DNA of 64,000 nucleotides from Dehalococcoidia bacterium (GTDB lineage Bacteria; Chloroflexota; Dehalococcoidia; Lucifugimonadales; UBA2985): NCBI GenBank assembly GCA_965219025.1, contig OZ244716.1, positions 7,812 to 71,811 of the forward strand, read 5' to 3'. Shown piece by piece: positions 36,929 to 46,080 of this stretch (position 1 is its first letter; each line of letters starts with the position of its first letter). The notes under the pieces were generated by a model. It saw only the letters and a program-made list of their open reading frames with translations, ran no database searches and was not told where the DNA came from. The position numbers and the translations under genes were made by a program.

Positions 36929-36950
36929 TGACGCTTGACGTCAAGCGTCA
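36929..36950. promoter_or_regulatory. Perfect 22-bp palindrome overlapping the -35 of higBA (probable HigA operator)
   Basis: TGACGCTTGACGTCAAGCGTCA is its own reverse complement; TTGACG(36935)-N17-TACAGT(36958). Confidence 0.75.
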
Positions 36951-36971
36951 ATTGCGTTACAGTTCGCCGTA

Positions 36972-37253
36972 TTGATACTTAGCTACGGAGACAGGCACAC
37001 AGAACGGTTCGCTGTCGGAGAGCACGTCGCCGCGTTCGAGGGATTCGAGCGGCAGGCGGCCAGGCGCCTGTCCATACTGAACGCCGCGCCCTCCCTGGTC
37101 ACGTTGCGAGCATTGGGCAGCAATCGCCTGGAGGCGTTGAGAGGAGAGAGAGTAGGGCAGTACTCGATCCGCATAAACCGCCAATGGCGAATCTGCTTTG
37201 AGTGGCCGGACGGACCGGGCCCGACCCACGTCGAGATTGTTGACTACCACTGA
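36972..37253 (+). CDS. higB: HigB-family RelE/ParE toxin
   Basis: I.SYGD..TE.F, L..LNAA, NRLEALRGER.GQYSIRIN.QWRICFEW, VEIVDYH. Confidence 0.9.
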   Translation: MILSYGDRHTERFAVGEHVAAFEGFERQAARRLSILNAAPSLVTLRALGSNRLEALRGERVGQYSIRINRQWRICFEWPDGPGPTHVEIVDYH

Positions 37254-37263
37254 GGAGCTTCGT

Positions 37264-37554
37264 ATGTTCAGACGCGCTGTTCACCCCGGAGAGGTGCTTG
37301 AGGAAGAGCTTGCTGAGCACGGCGTCGCCCCGACGGCCTTCGCCCGCGAGATAGACGTTCCGCCCAATCGAGTGAGCCAGATCATCGCCGGCAAGCGCTC
37401 TGTGACCGGAGACACGGCGTTGAGGTTCGGGCACTGGTTTGGCGTCGACCCGCAGTTCTGGTTGAACCTCCAGTCGCAGTTCGACCTCGCCGTCGCGGAG
37501 CGGAAGGTGGGAACGGCCGTCCGCGAGCTGCCGACCGCCTACGAGACCCAGTAG
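37264..37554 (+). CDS. higA: HigA-family HTH antitoxin
   Basis: VHPGEVLEEEL, RVSQIIAGKRSVT.DTALR, FWLNLQ..FDL. Confidence 0.9.
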   Translation: MFRRAVHPGEVLEEELAEHGVAPTAFAREIDVPPNRVSQIIAGKRSVTGDTALRFGHWFGVDPQFWLNLQSQFDLAVAERKVGTAVRELPTAYETQ

Positions 37555-37573
37555 CTCGCCGCGGCACGGGCCG

Positions 37574-38845
37574 TTAGCCGCCGCGCAGGGTTCGGAAGAG
37601 CTGGCCAAGCTTCACCTGTTGGTCGAACACCAGCAGGTAGGCGCGGAAGAGGCGAGCGGTCAGCGCGACTGCGAACGCCACGCTCAGCGATAGGGCCAGC
37701 AGGCTGAGGAACGCCTCGAGACCGCCCATGCCGCCGAGGCTGAGCCGCGCCAGACTGGTCACCGGCGCCGTGATCGGGATAAAGCTGAGTACCCTCGCAA
37801 GCATCCCGTCGGGATTCTCGAGCAGCGCAGTCAAGAACCACATAGGAGCTACGGTTGGCACGATAACGAAGGCGCTGATGTTGCCCGCCTGCCTCTGGTT
37901 GGTGGTGACCGCGCCAATCGCCGCCAGCAGCGTTCCTATCATCGCGTAGCCCAGCAGGAAGTAGGCGAAGGCTATCAGGAGGCTGCCGGGCGAGGGTACG
38001 AGTTCACTGCTGAGTTCGACGGGCAGTTCGACGATGAGGTTCAGGACGAGCAGGAATACTACCCCAGTTGCGGCCCAGACGGCAACCTGCAGGAGGCTCG
38101 CCGCTCCGAGCCCCAACAGCTTGCCAAACATCAAGTGCTCCGGCTTGATGGAGGAGAGCAGGACCTCCATGATGCGGTTCTCTTTTTCCTCCGTCAGTCC
38201 CTGGAGCAGATAGCCTGATGCGGTGAACCCGGAGACCAACAGCAGAATTCCGGCGGCGATGAAGGTCAACGTAGCGCCGACGTCTAAGTCCGATTCCGCA
38301 GGCGCGCCGGACTCACCCACCTCGACAGTCACAATTCGATAGGGAGTCCTGATGCGGTCGAGCTGGTCCGGTGCGACCTGCCCTTCGAAGAGGTTCTCCA
38401 GAACGAACCTGTGGAGGGCGCCTCTGCCGCCCTCCTCGAACGACAGCCCTGCTCGCTGCTCACGCACCTCATGGACTATCCCGGTATCCGGGTAGTCCAT
38501 CCCAAATACGTAGTACCTGTCGATACGCCCAGAAAGGAGGTCCTGCGTGGCCGCGTCCTGGTGTGGGTAGGCTTTGAACACCGTGTTGCCCTGAAGCTGG
38601 AAGCGGGAGAAGAGAGGCCGGCCGTCCTCGCCGGCGGTGAGGTCCACGTAGCCTACAGCAGCCGGTCCGGCAGAGGCGGAGGATTCCTCCCCGGAGGCAT
38701 CATCGGAGGCTACAGCCTGAAAGATGGTCATTCCAACAAGCGCGACAATCGCAAGCACTGGCACGGAAGCGGCGAAGATGCGGTAGGACAGGCGGCCCAG
38801 GGTGACGGAGAACTCGTGACGCGCTACAAGCCACGTCTTACCCAT
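37574..38845 (-). CDS. ABC-2 type transporter permease (NatB-like)
   Basis: EEKENRIMEVLLSS, GKLLGLG, LSFIPITAP. Confidence 0.85.
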   Translation of the reverse strand: MGKTWLVARHEFSVTLGRLSYRIFAASVPVLAIVALVGMTIFQAVASDDASGEESSASAGPAAVGYVDLTAGEDGRPLFSRFQLQGNTVFKAYPHQDAATQDLLSGRIDRYYVFGMDYPDTGIVHEVREQRAGLSFEEGGRGALHRFVLENLFEGQVAPDQLDRIRTPYRIVTVEVGESGAPAESDLDVGATLTFIAAGILLLVSGFTASGYLLQGLTEEKENRIMEVLLSSIKPEHLMFGKLLGLGAASLLQVAVWAATGVVFLLVLNLIVELPVELSSELVPSPGSLLIAFAYFLLGYAMIGTLLAAIGAVTTNQRQAGNISAFVIVPTVAPMWFLTALLENPDGMLARVLSFIPITAPVTSLARLSLGGMGGLEAFLSLLALSLSVAFAVALTARLFRAYLLVFDQQVKLGQLFRTLRGG

Positions 38846-39761
38846 GACGGCTCCCGACGACCTGCAGGAATATCTGCTCCAGGCTCGGGGTCGCCAGCTC
38901 GAACCGGTCGATCCTGGCGCCGCGGTCGAGCAGCGCCCGAAGCATGTCCTCCGGCGCGTAGCCGGGCGATAGCCTCACCACGTACCCCACACCCTCCCTC
39001 CGCAACTCCAATACGCCATCAATTCCCTCGGGGTCCTGGTCACTGGCGACGAATACCTCGCTCCCTGCATAGCGGCGCTTGATCTCGGTAACCAGCCCGT
39101 CGAGCACAACTTGGCCGTTGTCGATCATCAGGATGCGGTCGCAGAGCTCCTCGACGTCCGACATCTGATGGGTGGAGAACATGATCGCGACGTTCCTGGC
39201 GCGCAGCTCAGCGACCACGTCCTTCATGACGCGCACGTTAACTGGATCAAGCCCGCTGAACGGTTCGTCCAGGACTACGAATTCCGGATCGTGGACAAGG
39301 GTGGCCGCAAACTGCACGAGCTGACCCAGGCCTCGGCTCAGCTCCTGGACCTTCTTGTTGCGGTGCGGCTCCAAGCCGAGACGATCGAGCAGCTGGTCGG
39401 ACCGGCGGAGAGCCTGCTCTCGGGTGACGCCCTTGAGCTCGGCCAGGTACAGCAGGTTGGGGATCACGCGGAGGGAGCGATAGAGTCCACGCTCCTCGGG
39501 CAGGTAGCCGATTCGCTCCCTGGCGGCCGGGGTAATGGCGGCATCGAATACTGAGACCTCGCCCGCGTCGGGCTGGATGATATCGAGAAGCATGCGGATT
39601 GTCGTGGTCTTGCCTGATCCGTTGGGACCAACGATACCGACGATCTCGCCGGGTCTGACCGAGAGAGACACGTCCTGCACGGCCACCAAGTCGCCGTAGC
39701 TCTTCCGCAGACCGGTAGCCCACACGACGGGGGAACTTGCTGAACTATCTTCCACAACCAT
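38838..39761 (-). CDS. ABC transporter ATP-binding protein
   Basis: GPNGSGKTT, YLPEERGLY, LSRGLGQ, LDEPFSGLDP, STH; ATG 39761 preferred. Confidence 0.9.
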   Translation of the reverse strand: MVVEDSSASSPVVWATGLRKSYGDLVAVQDVSLSVRPGEIVGIVGPNGSGKTTTIRMLLDIIQPDAGEVSVFDAAITPAARERIGYLPEERGLYRSLRVIPNLLYLAELKGVTREQALRRSDQLLDRLGLEPHRNKKVQELSRGLGQLVQFAATLVHDPEFVVLDEPFSGLDPVNVRVMKDVVAELRARNVAIMFSTHQMSDVEELCDRILMIDNGQVVLDGLVTEIKRRYAGSEVFVASDQDPEGIDGVLELRREGVGYVVRLSPGYAPEDMLRALLDRGARIDRFELATPSLEQIFLQVVGSRHG

Positions 39762-39849
39762 ATGAGAATTATGACACGGATGGAGAGTCGGGATAAAGGG
39801 CAAGGACTGGTTGGTGTAGAGCGTCTTGAAGGGGGCAGGTGCGGCTGAC

Positions 39850-39993
39850 AACCACATCTTGTGCAAAATGCCGGAATTTCTACAAAATCATGTACCCTGC
39901 TATTGACAGCGTTCATGGCACAGCAATAGAATAGCCATACGTCTTTTGCACAGGCGCTGGTGTTCGGAAGACCCCACAGCACCATATCTGGTA
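39850..39993. promoter_or_regulatory. Two tandem pairs of NrdR-box-like sites flanking the nrdR promoter
   Basis: AACCACATCTTGTG (39850), TACAAAATCATGTA (39881), CACAGGCGCTGGTG (39949), CACCATATCTGGTA (39980); each pair is 31 bp apart. TTGACA(39903)-N18-TAGAAT(39927) lies between the pairs. Confidence 0.65.
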
Positions 39994-40024
39994 TCTTCAA
40001 GCATAGTTTCGGAGCGAAAAGGTA

Positions 40025-40606
40025 GTGCGCTGCCCATACTGCAATCACCCGGACTCCCGGGTCATCGACTCCAGGGACGCCCCCGAAGGCGTCCGGCGGC
40101 GGCGCGAGTGCAGCATGTGCGGCCTGCGCTTCACTACATACGAGCGTGTCCAGACCACCGCTCTCATGGTCGCCAAGCGAGACGGCCGTAGGGAGGAGTA
40201 CAACCGGGACAAGCTGACCAGGAGCGTGCAGATGGCCTGCGTCAAGCGGCCCCTGCCGACCGGCACCATCGACAAGCTGGCGGACGACATCGAGACTCAG
40301 CTGCAGGCGCTGGGCCGCGCCGAGATCCCCAGCTTCGCCATTGGCGAGATGGTGGTGGAGCGGCTTCGTGCGCTGGACCCCGTGGCCTACATCCGCTTCG
40401 CCAGCGTATACCGTGACTTCGCAGACGTGGAGCGCTTCCGTGACGCCGTGGAGGCGCTGCAGACGGCGCAGCAGGCGCTGGAGCGCAGCGACCCATCGCC
40501 GCAGCTCCCGCTCATGAACGAGGAGCCACCCAGAAGACGCCGCGGCCGCAGACCGCGGAGCAACGCCGCCGGCCTGCCCATGGATTTAGCAGGAGGAAAC
40601 GACTAG
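40025..40606 (+). CDS. nrdR: Transcriptional repressor NrdR
   Basis: CPYC..DSRVIDSR..RRRRECSMC.RFTTYE, ATP cone, VAYIRFASVYRDF. Confidence 0.97.
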   Translation: MRCPYCNHPDSRVIDSRDAPEGVRRRRECSMCGLRFTTYERVQTTALMVAKRDGRREEYNRDKLTRSVQMACVKRPLPTGTIDKLADDIETQLQALGRAEIPSFAIGEMVVERLRALDPVAYIRFASVYRDFADVERFRDAVEALQTAQQALERSDPSPQLPLMNEEPPRRRRGRRPRSNAAGLPMDLAGGND

Positions 40607-40731
40607 AGGCGGCCCGCAACGGTACGCCAGCCGGCCCGGGCAGGGCGATACAAGACGGAATCCCTCCCCGCCGGTCGGTGAGCCGGAGCAGCGGGGAAGC
40701 ACAGACAACACAGGTACCGGAGAGTGGAGCC

Positions 40732-43275
40732 ATGACCATCGACAGCATCGGGAACGGACACAAAGACGCCGGAAGCAAGAAGGCGCTGATGAAGGAGTTG
40801 GTGGCAGCACTGGAGGCCGCCGGCATCGAGGTCCCCACCGCTGCGCAGCAGGCTGCGCTGTCAGTGGCCGGTGGCAGCGGGGAAGACCACCACTTGGAGC
40901 GTACCTACACGTCGAGGAGGGGGTCCGGATCCACAGGCGGCGCCGCCACGGCCACAAGGCCGGACGTGTCCGAGAACGCCAAAGTTGTCCTGGAGAAGCG
41001 ATACTACCTCAAGGACGACAGCGGCAACACCGTGGAGCACTCCTGGTCGGACGTGTGCCGGCGCGTGGCCCGCGCCATTGCCGAGGCGGAGACCCTCTAC
41101 GACGGCAGCGCGGACGTGGCCCGCTGGGAGGAGGAGTTCTATCGCACAATGGCCGACCTGGAGTACGTGCCAAACTCTCCCACGCTGATGAATGCCGGCA
41201 CGGGCGCCGGCACCCTCTCGGCCTGCTTCGTGATTGGCCTGGAGGACAGCATGGAGGGCATCATGGAGACGGCCAAGGAGACCGCCCTGGTGCAGAAGTT
41301 TGGGGGCGGCACGGGCTTCGCTCTCTCCAAGATTCGCCCCAAGGGCGCCCACATATCCACGACTCACGGCAGGGCGTGCGGCCCGGTGGCCGTCCTTCGC
41401 CATCTCTCATCCGTGTCCACGCTGGTAACGCAGGGAGGCAAGCGTGACGGCGCCAACATGGCCGTCATGGACGTCCACCACCCGGACATCATGGACTTCA
41501 TCACCTGCAAGACCCAGGAGGGACAGATCCACAACTTCAACATCTCTGTGGGAGCCAGCGAGGAGTTCATGCAGGCCGCGGTCCGGGGCGAAGACTACGA
41601 CCTGCGAGACCCCGCCACGGGCGAGGTGGTAGGCCGGCTCAACGCCGCTGAGGTGTTCAAGCACATGATCGAGGGGGCGTGGCGCAATGGCGAGCCCGGC
41701 GCTATCTTCCTGGACCGCGTCAACGAGGACAACCCCACGCTCAACATCGGACGCATGACCGCCACCAACCCCTGCGGCGAGCAGCCCCTGCTGCCGTACG
41801 AGTCCTGCAACCTGGGCTCCATCAACCTCTCCAGGTTCGTGATCGAGGGCGGCAGCCAGCCCACCGTGGACTGGGAACGCCTGCGCCATGTTACACGCGT
41901 GGCCGCCCGCTTCCTGGACAACGTCATCGACGCGAACCGCTACTCCGTCCCGGAAATCGAGCGCATGACCAAGCTCACCCGCAAGACCGGCCTGGGCGTC
42001 ATGGGCTTCGCCGACATGCTGGTGATGATGGCCATTCCCTACAACTCGCAGGAAGGCCTGGAGCTGGGCCGATCCATCATGCGATTCGTGAAGGAAGAGG
42101 CGGACGCCGCCTCCGAGGAGTTGGCCCACGAGCGGGGAGTCTTCCCGGCGTACCCCGGCAGCTCACTCCAGAAGCAGGGACGGCTCATGCGCAATGCGTG
42201 CCGGCTCACGGTGGCGCCCACGGGCACCATCTCCATGATCGCCGGCTGCTCCAGCGGCATAGAACCCCTCTTCTCGCTCTGCTACCGCAAGCACAACATC
42301 CTGGAGGGTGAGAGCCTGCTCTACATCGACTCCAACTTCGAGCGCATGGCCGTCGAAGACAACTTCTACACCGATGAGCTCATGGAGTACCTTGCCAATG
42401 GCGGCTCCATCCAGGACAGGGAAGACGTGCCGGAGTGGATCAAGGAAGTGTTCGTCACCTCTGCGGACATCTCGCCGCAGGACCACGTTAGGATGCAGGC
42501 GGCGTTCCAGGAGAGCGTGGACGCGGGCATATCCAAGACCATCAACTTCCACAACTCCGCCACCCGCGAGGACGTGCGCACCGCCTACCTGATGGCCTGG
42601 GAGCTGGGCTGCAAGGGCATCACGGTGTATCGCTCTGGCAGCAGGGAAGCGGAGGTGCTGACCTCCGGCGCCACCGAATCCGCGGCGCTGGAAGCAGTGG
42701 GAGCGTCGACCGGCGCGGAGCCGGCCACCAGCGTCCTGCCCGTGCCTATGGCCAGGCCCGCGCAGGTCCAGGGCGTCACCGAACGCGTGCGCACGGGCCA
42801 CGGCAACATGTACGTAACCATCAACTCCAGGGACGATCAGCCCTTCGAGGTGTTCTCCAACCTGGGTAAGGCCGGCGGCTGCGACTCCGCCCAGATAGAG
42901 GCTATCACCCGGCTTGTCTCGTTGGCGCTGCGCTCAGGCATAGATCCCGCCCACGTGGTGGACCAGCTGCGGGGCATCACGTGCTGCCCGCAGTGGGACG
43001 ACGGCGTGCTGGTGCGATCCGGCCCGGACGCCGTTGCGCTGGTGCTGAGCCGGCACGCGGTGCCCGCGGACGAGCGGCCGGTAATGGCCCTGCGAGGCGG
43101 CGCGGTTTCCGAGGGCGCCGTTCCCGTCGCAGTGCAGCAGGGGCTGTTCCTGAAGGCCGAGGCCAACGGAAACGGCTTAAACGGCAGGATCACCTGCCCC
43201 GACTGCAGCGGTTTCCTGGTACACCAGGAGGGCTGCGTGAGCTGCCCCAGCTGCGGCTACGAGAGGTGCGGATAG
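40732..43275 (+). CDS. nrdJ: Class II (B12-dependent) ribonucleotide reductase with fused C-terminal TSCPD domain and Zn ribbon
   Basis: PNSPTLMNAG, SACFV, TNPCGEQPL, ESCNLGSINL, VAPTGTIS, CKGITVYRSGSR, terminal CPDC..C..C. Confidence 0.95.
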   Translation: MTIDSIGNGHKDAGSKKALMKELVAALEAAGIEVPTAAQQAALSVAGGSGEDHHLERTYTSRRGSGSTGGAATATRPDVSENAKVVLEKRYYLKDDSGNTVEHSWSDVCRRVARAIAEAETLYDGSADVARWEEEFYRTMADLEYVPNSPTLMNAGTGAGTLSACFVIGLEDSMEGIMETAKETALVQKFGGGTGFALSKIRPKGAHISTTHGRACGPVAVLRHLSSVSTLVTQGGKRDGANMAVMDVHHPDIMDFITCKTQEGQIHNFNISVGASEEFMQAAVRGEDYDLRDPATGEVVGRLNAAEVFKHMIEGAWRNGEPGAIFLDRVNEDNPTLNIGRMTATNPCGEQPLLPYESCNLGSINLSRFVIEGGSQPTVDWERLRHVTRVAARFLDNVIDANRYSVPEIERMTKLTRKTGLGVMGFADMLVMMAIPYNSQEGLELGRSIMRFVKEEADAASEELAHERGVFPAYPGSSLQKQGRLMRNACRLTVAPTGTISMIAGCSSGIEPLFSLCYRKHNILEGESLLYIDSNFERMAVEDNFYTDELMEYLANGGSIQDREDVPEWIKEVFVTSADISPQDHVRMQAAFQESVDAGISKTINFHNSATREDVRTAYLMAWELGCKGITVYRSGSREAEVLTSGATESAALEAVGASTGAEPATSVLPVPMARPAQVQGVTERVRTGHGNMYVTINSRDDQPFEVFSNLGKAGGCDSAQIEAITRLVSLALRSGIDPAHVVDQLRGITCCPQWDDGVLVRSGPDAVALVLSRHAVPADERPVMALRGGAVSEGAVPVAVQQGLFLKAEANGNGLNGRITCPDCSGFLVHQEGCVSCPSCGYERCG

Positions 43276-43296
43276 GGAGGCAACAGAGTTTATGCA

Positions 43297-43430
43297 CACA
43301 CCGACCCGGAGGCTGCTCGGACGGGGACGGTGTGAAGCTGGACTAGACGCTTGGCGTCTATCGATCCACGGAGCGGCGCTCCCCTCGAAGGAGCGTGCAT
43401 CACAGCGGCCCCGGACCCTCGGGGCCGCTG
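43297..43430 (+). other. Cluster of four tandem hairpins after nrdJ (terminator or structured RNA)
   Basis: CACACCG/CGGTGTG, TAGACGC/GCGTCTA, CGCTCC/GGAGCG and CAGCGGCCCC/GGGGCCGCTG stems. Confidence 0.45.
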
Positions 43431-43433
43431 ATA

Positions 43434-43462
43434 TTGTACCACAGCCTCTCACCCCATATAAT
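43434..43462 (+). promoter_or_regulatory. Sigma70-like promoter of pdxA-proC-yggT
   Basis: TTGTAC-N17-TATAAT. Confidence 0.65.
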
Positions 43463-43491
43463 GCCCTAAACGACTCCGCAAAGGGGGCAAC

Positions 43492-44493
43492 ATGAGCGAT
43501 CGACCCACGATAGCCCTCACAATGGGCGACCCCGCCGGCATAGGGCCGGAGGTCGTCGCCAAGGCCCTCGCCCATCCCGACGTGGTCGCGTCGTGCCACC
43601 CGCTGGTCATAGGCAACGCGCCGCTGCTCGACAAGACTCTTCGAGACCTCGGTCTGTCCTACCAGGTGACGCAGGTATCGTCCGCGGCCGAGGCGCCCGC
43701 AAACACCGTTTCGATACTGGACCCGGGCAACCTCAACGCAGAGGACGTGGCGCCGGGCCAGGTGTCCGCCGCCGCGGGCAAGGCCTCCGTGGAGTGGATC
43801 CTCCAGGCCGGGGAGATGGCCCTTTCCGGCGAAGTCCAGGCCATTGCCACGGCGCCCATCCACAAGGAGGCCGCCAGGGCCGCCGGGTACGAGGACATTG
43901 GACACATGGAGCTGTATCAGAGCCTCACGGGCGCCAAGGAGGTGGCAACCATGCTCACCGCAGGCAACCTGCGCGTGGTGCACCTGACCACCCACCGGTC
44001 GCTCATGCGCGCAGTGGAGTACGTCACGAAGGACCACATTCTCGCCAAGCTGCAGCTCACCCACGACTGCTTCAGCGCCTGGGGCTTCGATCCCCCGCGC
44101 ATCGGCGTGGCCGCGCTGAACCCCCACGGCGGCGACGGCGGTCTCATCGGGCGGGAGGAGATCGACGAGATTGGGCCGGCCGTGGAGGAGGCTCGAAGCA
44201 GGGGCATGACCGTGACCGGCCCGGTGCCCGCGGACTCCGTGTTCCCTCAGGCCATCGCAGGCCGCTACGATGCCGTGCTGGTCCACTACCACGACCAGGG
44301 ACACATCCCCATCAAGGTCAAGGACTTCGATGGCAGCGTAAGCATCAACCTCGGCTTCCCGTTCGTGCGAACGTCCGTTGACCACGGCACCGCCTTCGAC
44401 ATCGCCGGCAAGGGCATCGCAAACGAGACCGGCATGCGGGAGGCCGTGCTCGCCGCCGCCTACATAGCTACGACCGGGCGCCTGCCGCAGTAG
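43492..44493 (+). CDS. pdxA: PdxA-family dehydrogenase (PdxA or PdxA2)
   Basis: TMGDPAGIGPE, TAPIHKEA, LNPHGGDGG, YHDQGHIPIK, RTSVDHGTAFDIAGKG. Confidence 0.9.
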   Translation: MSDRPTIALTMGDPAGIGPEVVAKALAHPDVVASCHPLVIGNAPLLDKTLRDLGLSYQVTQVSSAAEAPANTVSILDPGNLNAEDVAPGQVSAAAGKASVEWILQAGEMALSGEVQAIATAPIHKEAARAAGYEDIGHMELYQSLTGAKEVATMLTAGNLRVVHLTTHRSLMRAVEYVTKDHILAKLQLTHDCFSAWGFDPPRIGVAALNPHGGDGGLIGREEIDEIGPAVEEARSRGMTVTGPVPADSVFPQAIAGRYDAVLVHYHDQGHIPIKVKDFDGSVSINLGFPFVRTSVDHGTAFDIAGKGIANETGMREAVLAAAYIATTGRLPQ

Positions 44494-44497
44494 CGTC

Positions 44498-45331
44498 ATG
44501 TCAACACCGAACGCGGGACTGGAAAGCGGGAGCCTCAACCTGGCCTTCATAGGCGGGGGCACAATGGCTGAGGCCATCATTGCCGGCGTGCTGGCGCGCG
44601 GCGTGGCAGAAGCCGGATCAATAGTAGTAGGCGAGCCGGTGCTTCGCCGGCGCGAGTACCTCAGCGGCCGCTACGGAACGCGCACTGTCGTCGACAACCA
44701 CAGCGCCATCGAAGGGGCGGACATCGTGGTCATCGCAGTAAAACCCCAGCAACTTGCGGAGGTCCTCGAGGAGCTGTCCGGAAGGCTGACTGCATCCCAG
44801 AGCATCCTGTCCATTGTGGCGGGCGCATCTGTGCAGTCCATCTCGGAGGGCGCCAACCACGCAGCGGTCATACGTGTCATGCCCAACACGCCGGCGCAAG
44901 TCGGGCAGGGAATGACCGTGTGGACGGCCTCGCCGGAGGTACCGGAGGCCCACCGCGAAGCGGCAGGCGAAATCTTCGATTCCCTCGGGACCGCCACCTA
45001 CGTGGCGGAGGAGAAGTACTTGGACATGGCAACCGCCCTGAGCGCAAGCGGCCCGGCGTACGTATTCCTCTTCCTGGAATCGCTCATCGACGCCGGCGTG
45101 TACATGGGGCTGCCGCGTGAGATGGCGCAGACGCTGGCGCTGCAGACCATCGAGGGCAGCGCGGCGCTTGCCAGGGAGTCCGGCAGGCATCCGGCCGACC
45201 TGCGGAACATGGTGACGTCTCCGGGCGGGACCACCGCGGAGGCGCTGCTGGCGCTGGAGGATGCGGGTTTCCGGGCGGCCGTGATGAACGCCGTCATCGC
45301 CGCGCACGAGAAGGCGCTGGAGCTGGGCTAA
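44498..45331 (+). CDS. proC: Pyrroline-5-carboxylate reductase
   Basis: FIGGGTMA, AVKPQ, RVMPNTP, SASGPAY, VTSPGGTT. Confidence 0.95.
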   Translation: MSTPNAGLESGSLNLAFIGGGTMAEAIIAGVLARGVAEAGSIVVGEPVLRRREYLSGRYGTRTVVDNHSAIEGADIVVIAVKPQQLAEVLEELSGRLTASQSILSIVAGASVQSISEGANHAAVIRVMPNTPAQVGQGMTVWTASPEVPEAHREAAGEIFDSLGTATYVAEEKYLDMATALSASGPAYVFLFLESLIDAGVYMGLPREMAQTLALQTIEGSAALARESGRHPADLRNMVTSPGGTTAEALLALEDAGFRAAVMNAVIAAHEKALELG

Positions 45332-45339
45332 GATAGGCC

Positions 45340-45597
45340 ATGGGCGCCCTCCTCAACTACCTCATAACACTGCTCATTTTCGCCATTCTCGGACGCGTCA
45401 TCCTGGACTGGCTCGTCGTGGGTGGGCTGCTGCGCTACGACAACGCTCTCTTCCGCGTGCGCGATGCGCTGATCTACATCACGGAGCCGGTGCTTGCACC
45501 CATACGCCGCTTCACGCGCATGGGCATGATCGACCTGAGCCCCATGGTGGCGATCATACTGCTGAGCATCTTCCAGCAGTTCGTGGCCCGCGTTTAG
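45340..45597 (+). CDS. yggT: YggT-family membrane protein
   Basis: ITEPVLAPIRR..GMIDLSPMVA. Confidence 0.9.
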   Translation: MGALLNYLITLLIFAILGRVILDWLVVGGLLRYDNALFRVRDALIYITEPVLAPIRRFTRMGMIDLSPMVAIILLSIFQQFVARV

Positions 45598-45645
45598 CGG
45601 GGAGGGAGGCGCGAGGCTGGCCATCCAACACCATCGGAGGACCTC

Positions 45646-46080
45646 ATGCCCAACGGCCCCGATTCAAGAAGACTCCTGCGAGGTCTCATGAGAAACCCAA
45701 TTTTCGCGGCGATTGTTGCGTCGGTGGTGACTGGCCTCGTGGTTTTCGTGGCTTGTTTGGTAGTTTGGCATGAACTCGGAGGAGGCGCTTGGCGTAGCTG
45801 GAAGAGCGTGGAGGAAGCGCAGCTAGTTGCACCGGACAAGCTCTCACTGATAGTAAACTCCTGCGAAGGAATCCCGCTACTGTCGATGGCCGCGGAGACT
45901 GAGGTTGACTTTCAGGTCAAGCTGTATGTCCTGCACTTCTTATTTCGAGGTGGCTTGGATGCTGTCTCTCCCGAATGCCTCAAGCGCGTTGAAATCCCAC
46001 TTAGCGAGCCTTTAGGAAACCGGGTCGTTATCGACCTGCACACCGGGCAAACGGTGAGGGTCACCACAGCGTATGAGTGA
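45646..46080 (+). CDS. Hypothetical membrane-anchored protein, paralog of the N-terminus of the next gene
   Basis: One TM segment plus a small two-Cys domain ending LSEPLGNRVVIDLHTG. Confidence 0.6.
   Translation: MPNGPDSRRLLRGLMRNPIFAAIVASVVTGLVVFVACLVVWHELGGGAWRSWKSVEEAQLVAPDKLSLIVNSCEGIPLLSMAAETEVDFQVKLYVLHFLFRGGLDAVSPECLKRVEIPLSEPLGNRVVIDLHTGQTVRVTTAYE

Noticed and set aside
40607-40700. GCGGCCCGCAACGGTA and AGCCGGAG resembling cobalamin-riboswitch fragments upstream of nrdJ
   Set aside because: The 5' GGGAA..GGTG.AA.TCC core is absent and the elements are in the wrong order; an Infernal RF00174 search would settle it.
40732-43275. Intein or intron in nrdJ
   Set aside because: Catalytic motifs are contiguous and normally spaced; the extra length is explained by the C-terminal TSCPD and Zn-ribbon domains.
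43292-43495. 67-aa ORF with SD ending in ATGA overlap with pdxA
   Set aside because: It runs through the hairpin cluster and the pdxA promoter and shows no protein-like pattern.
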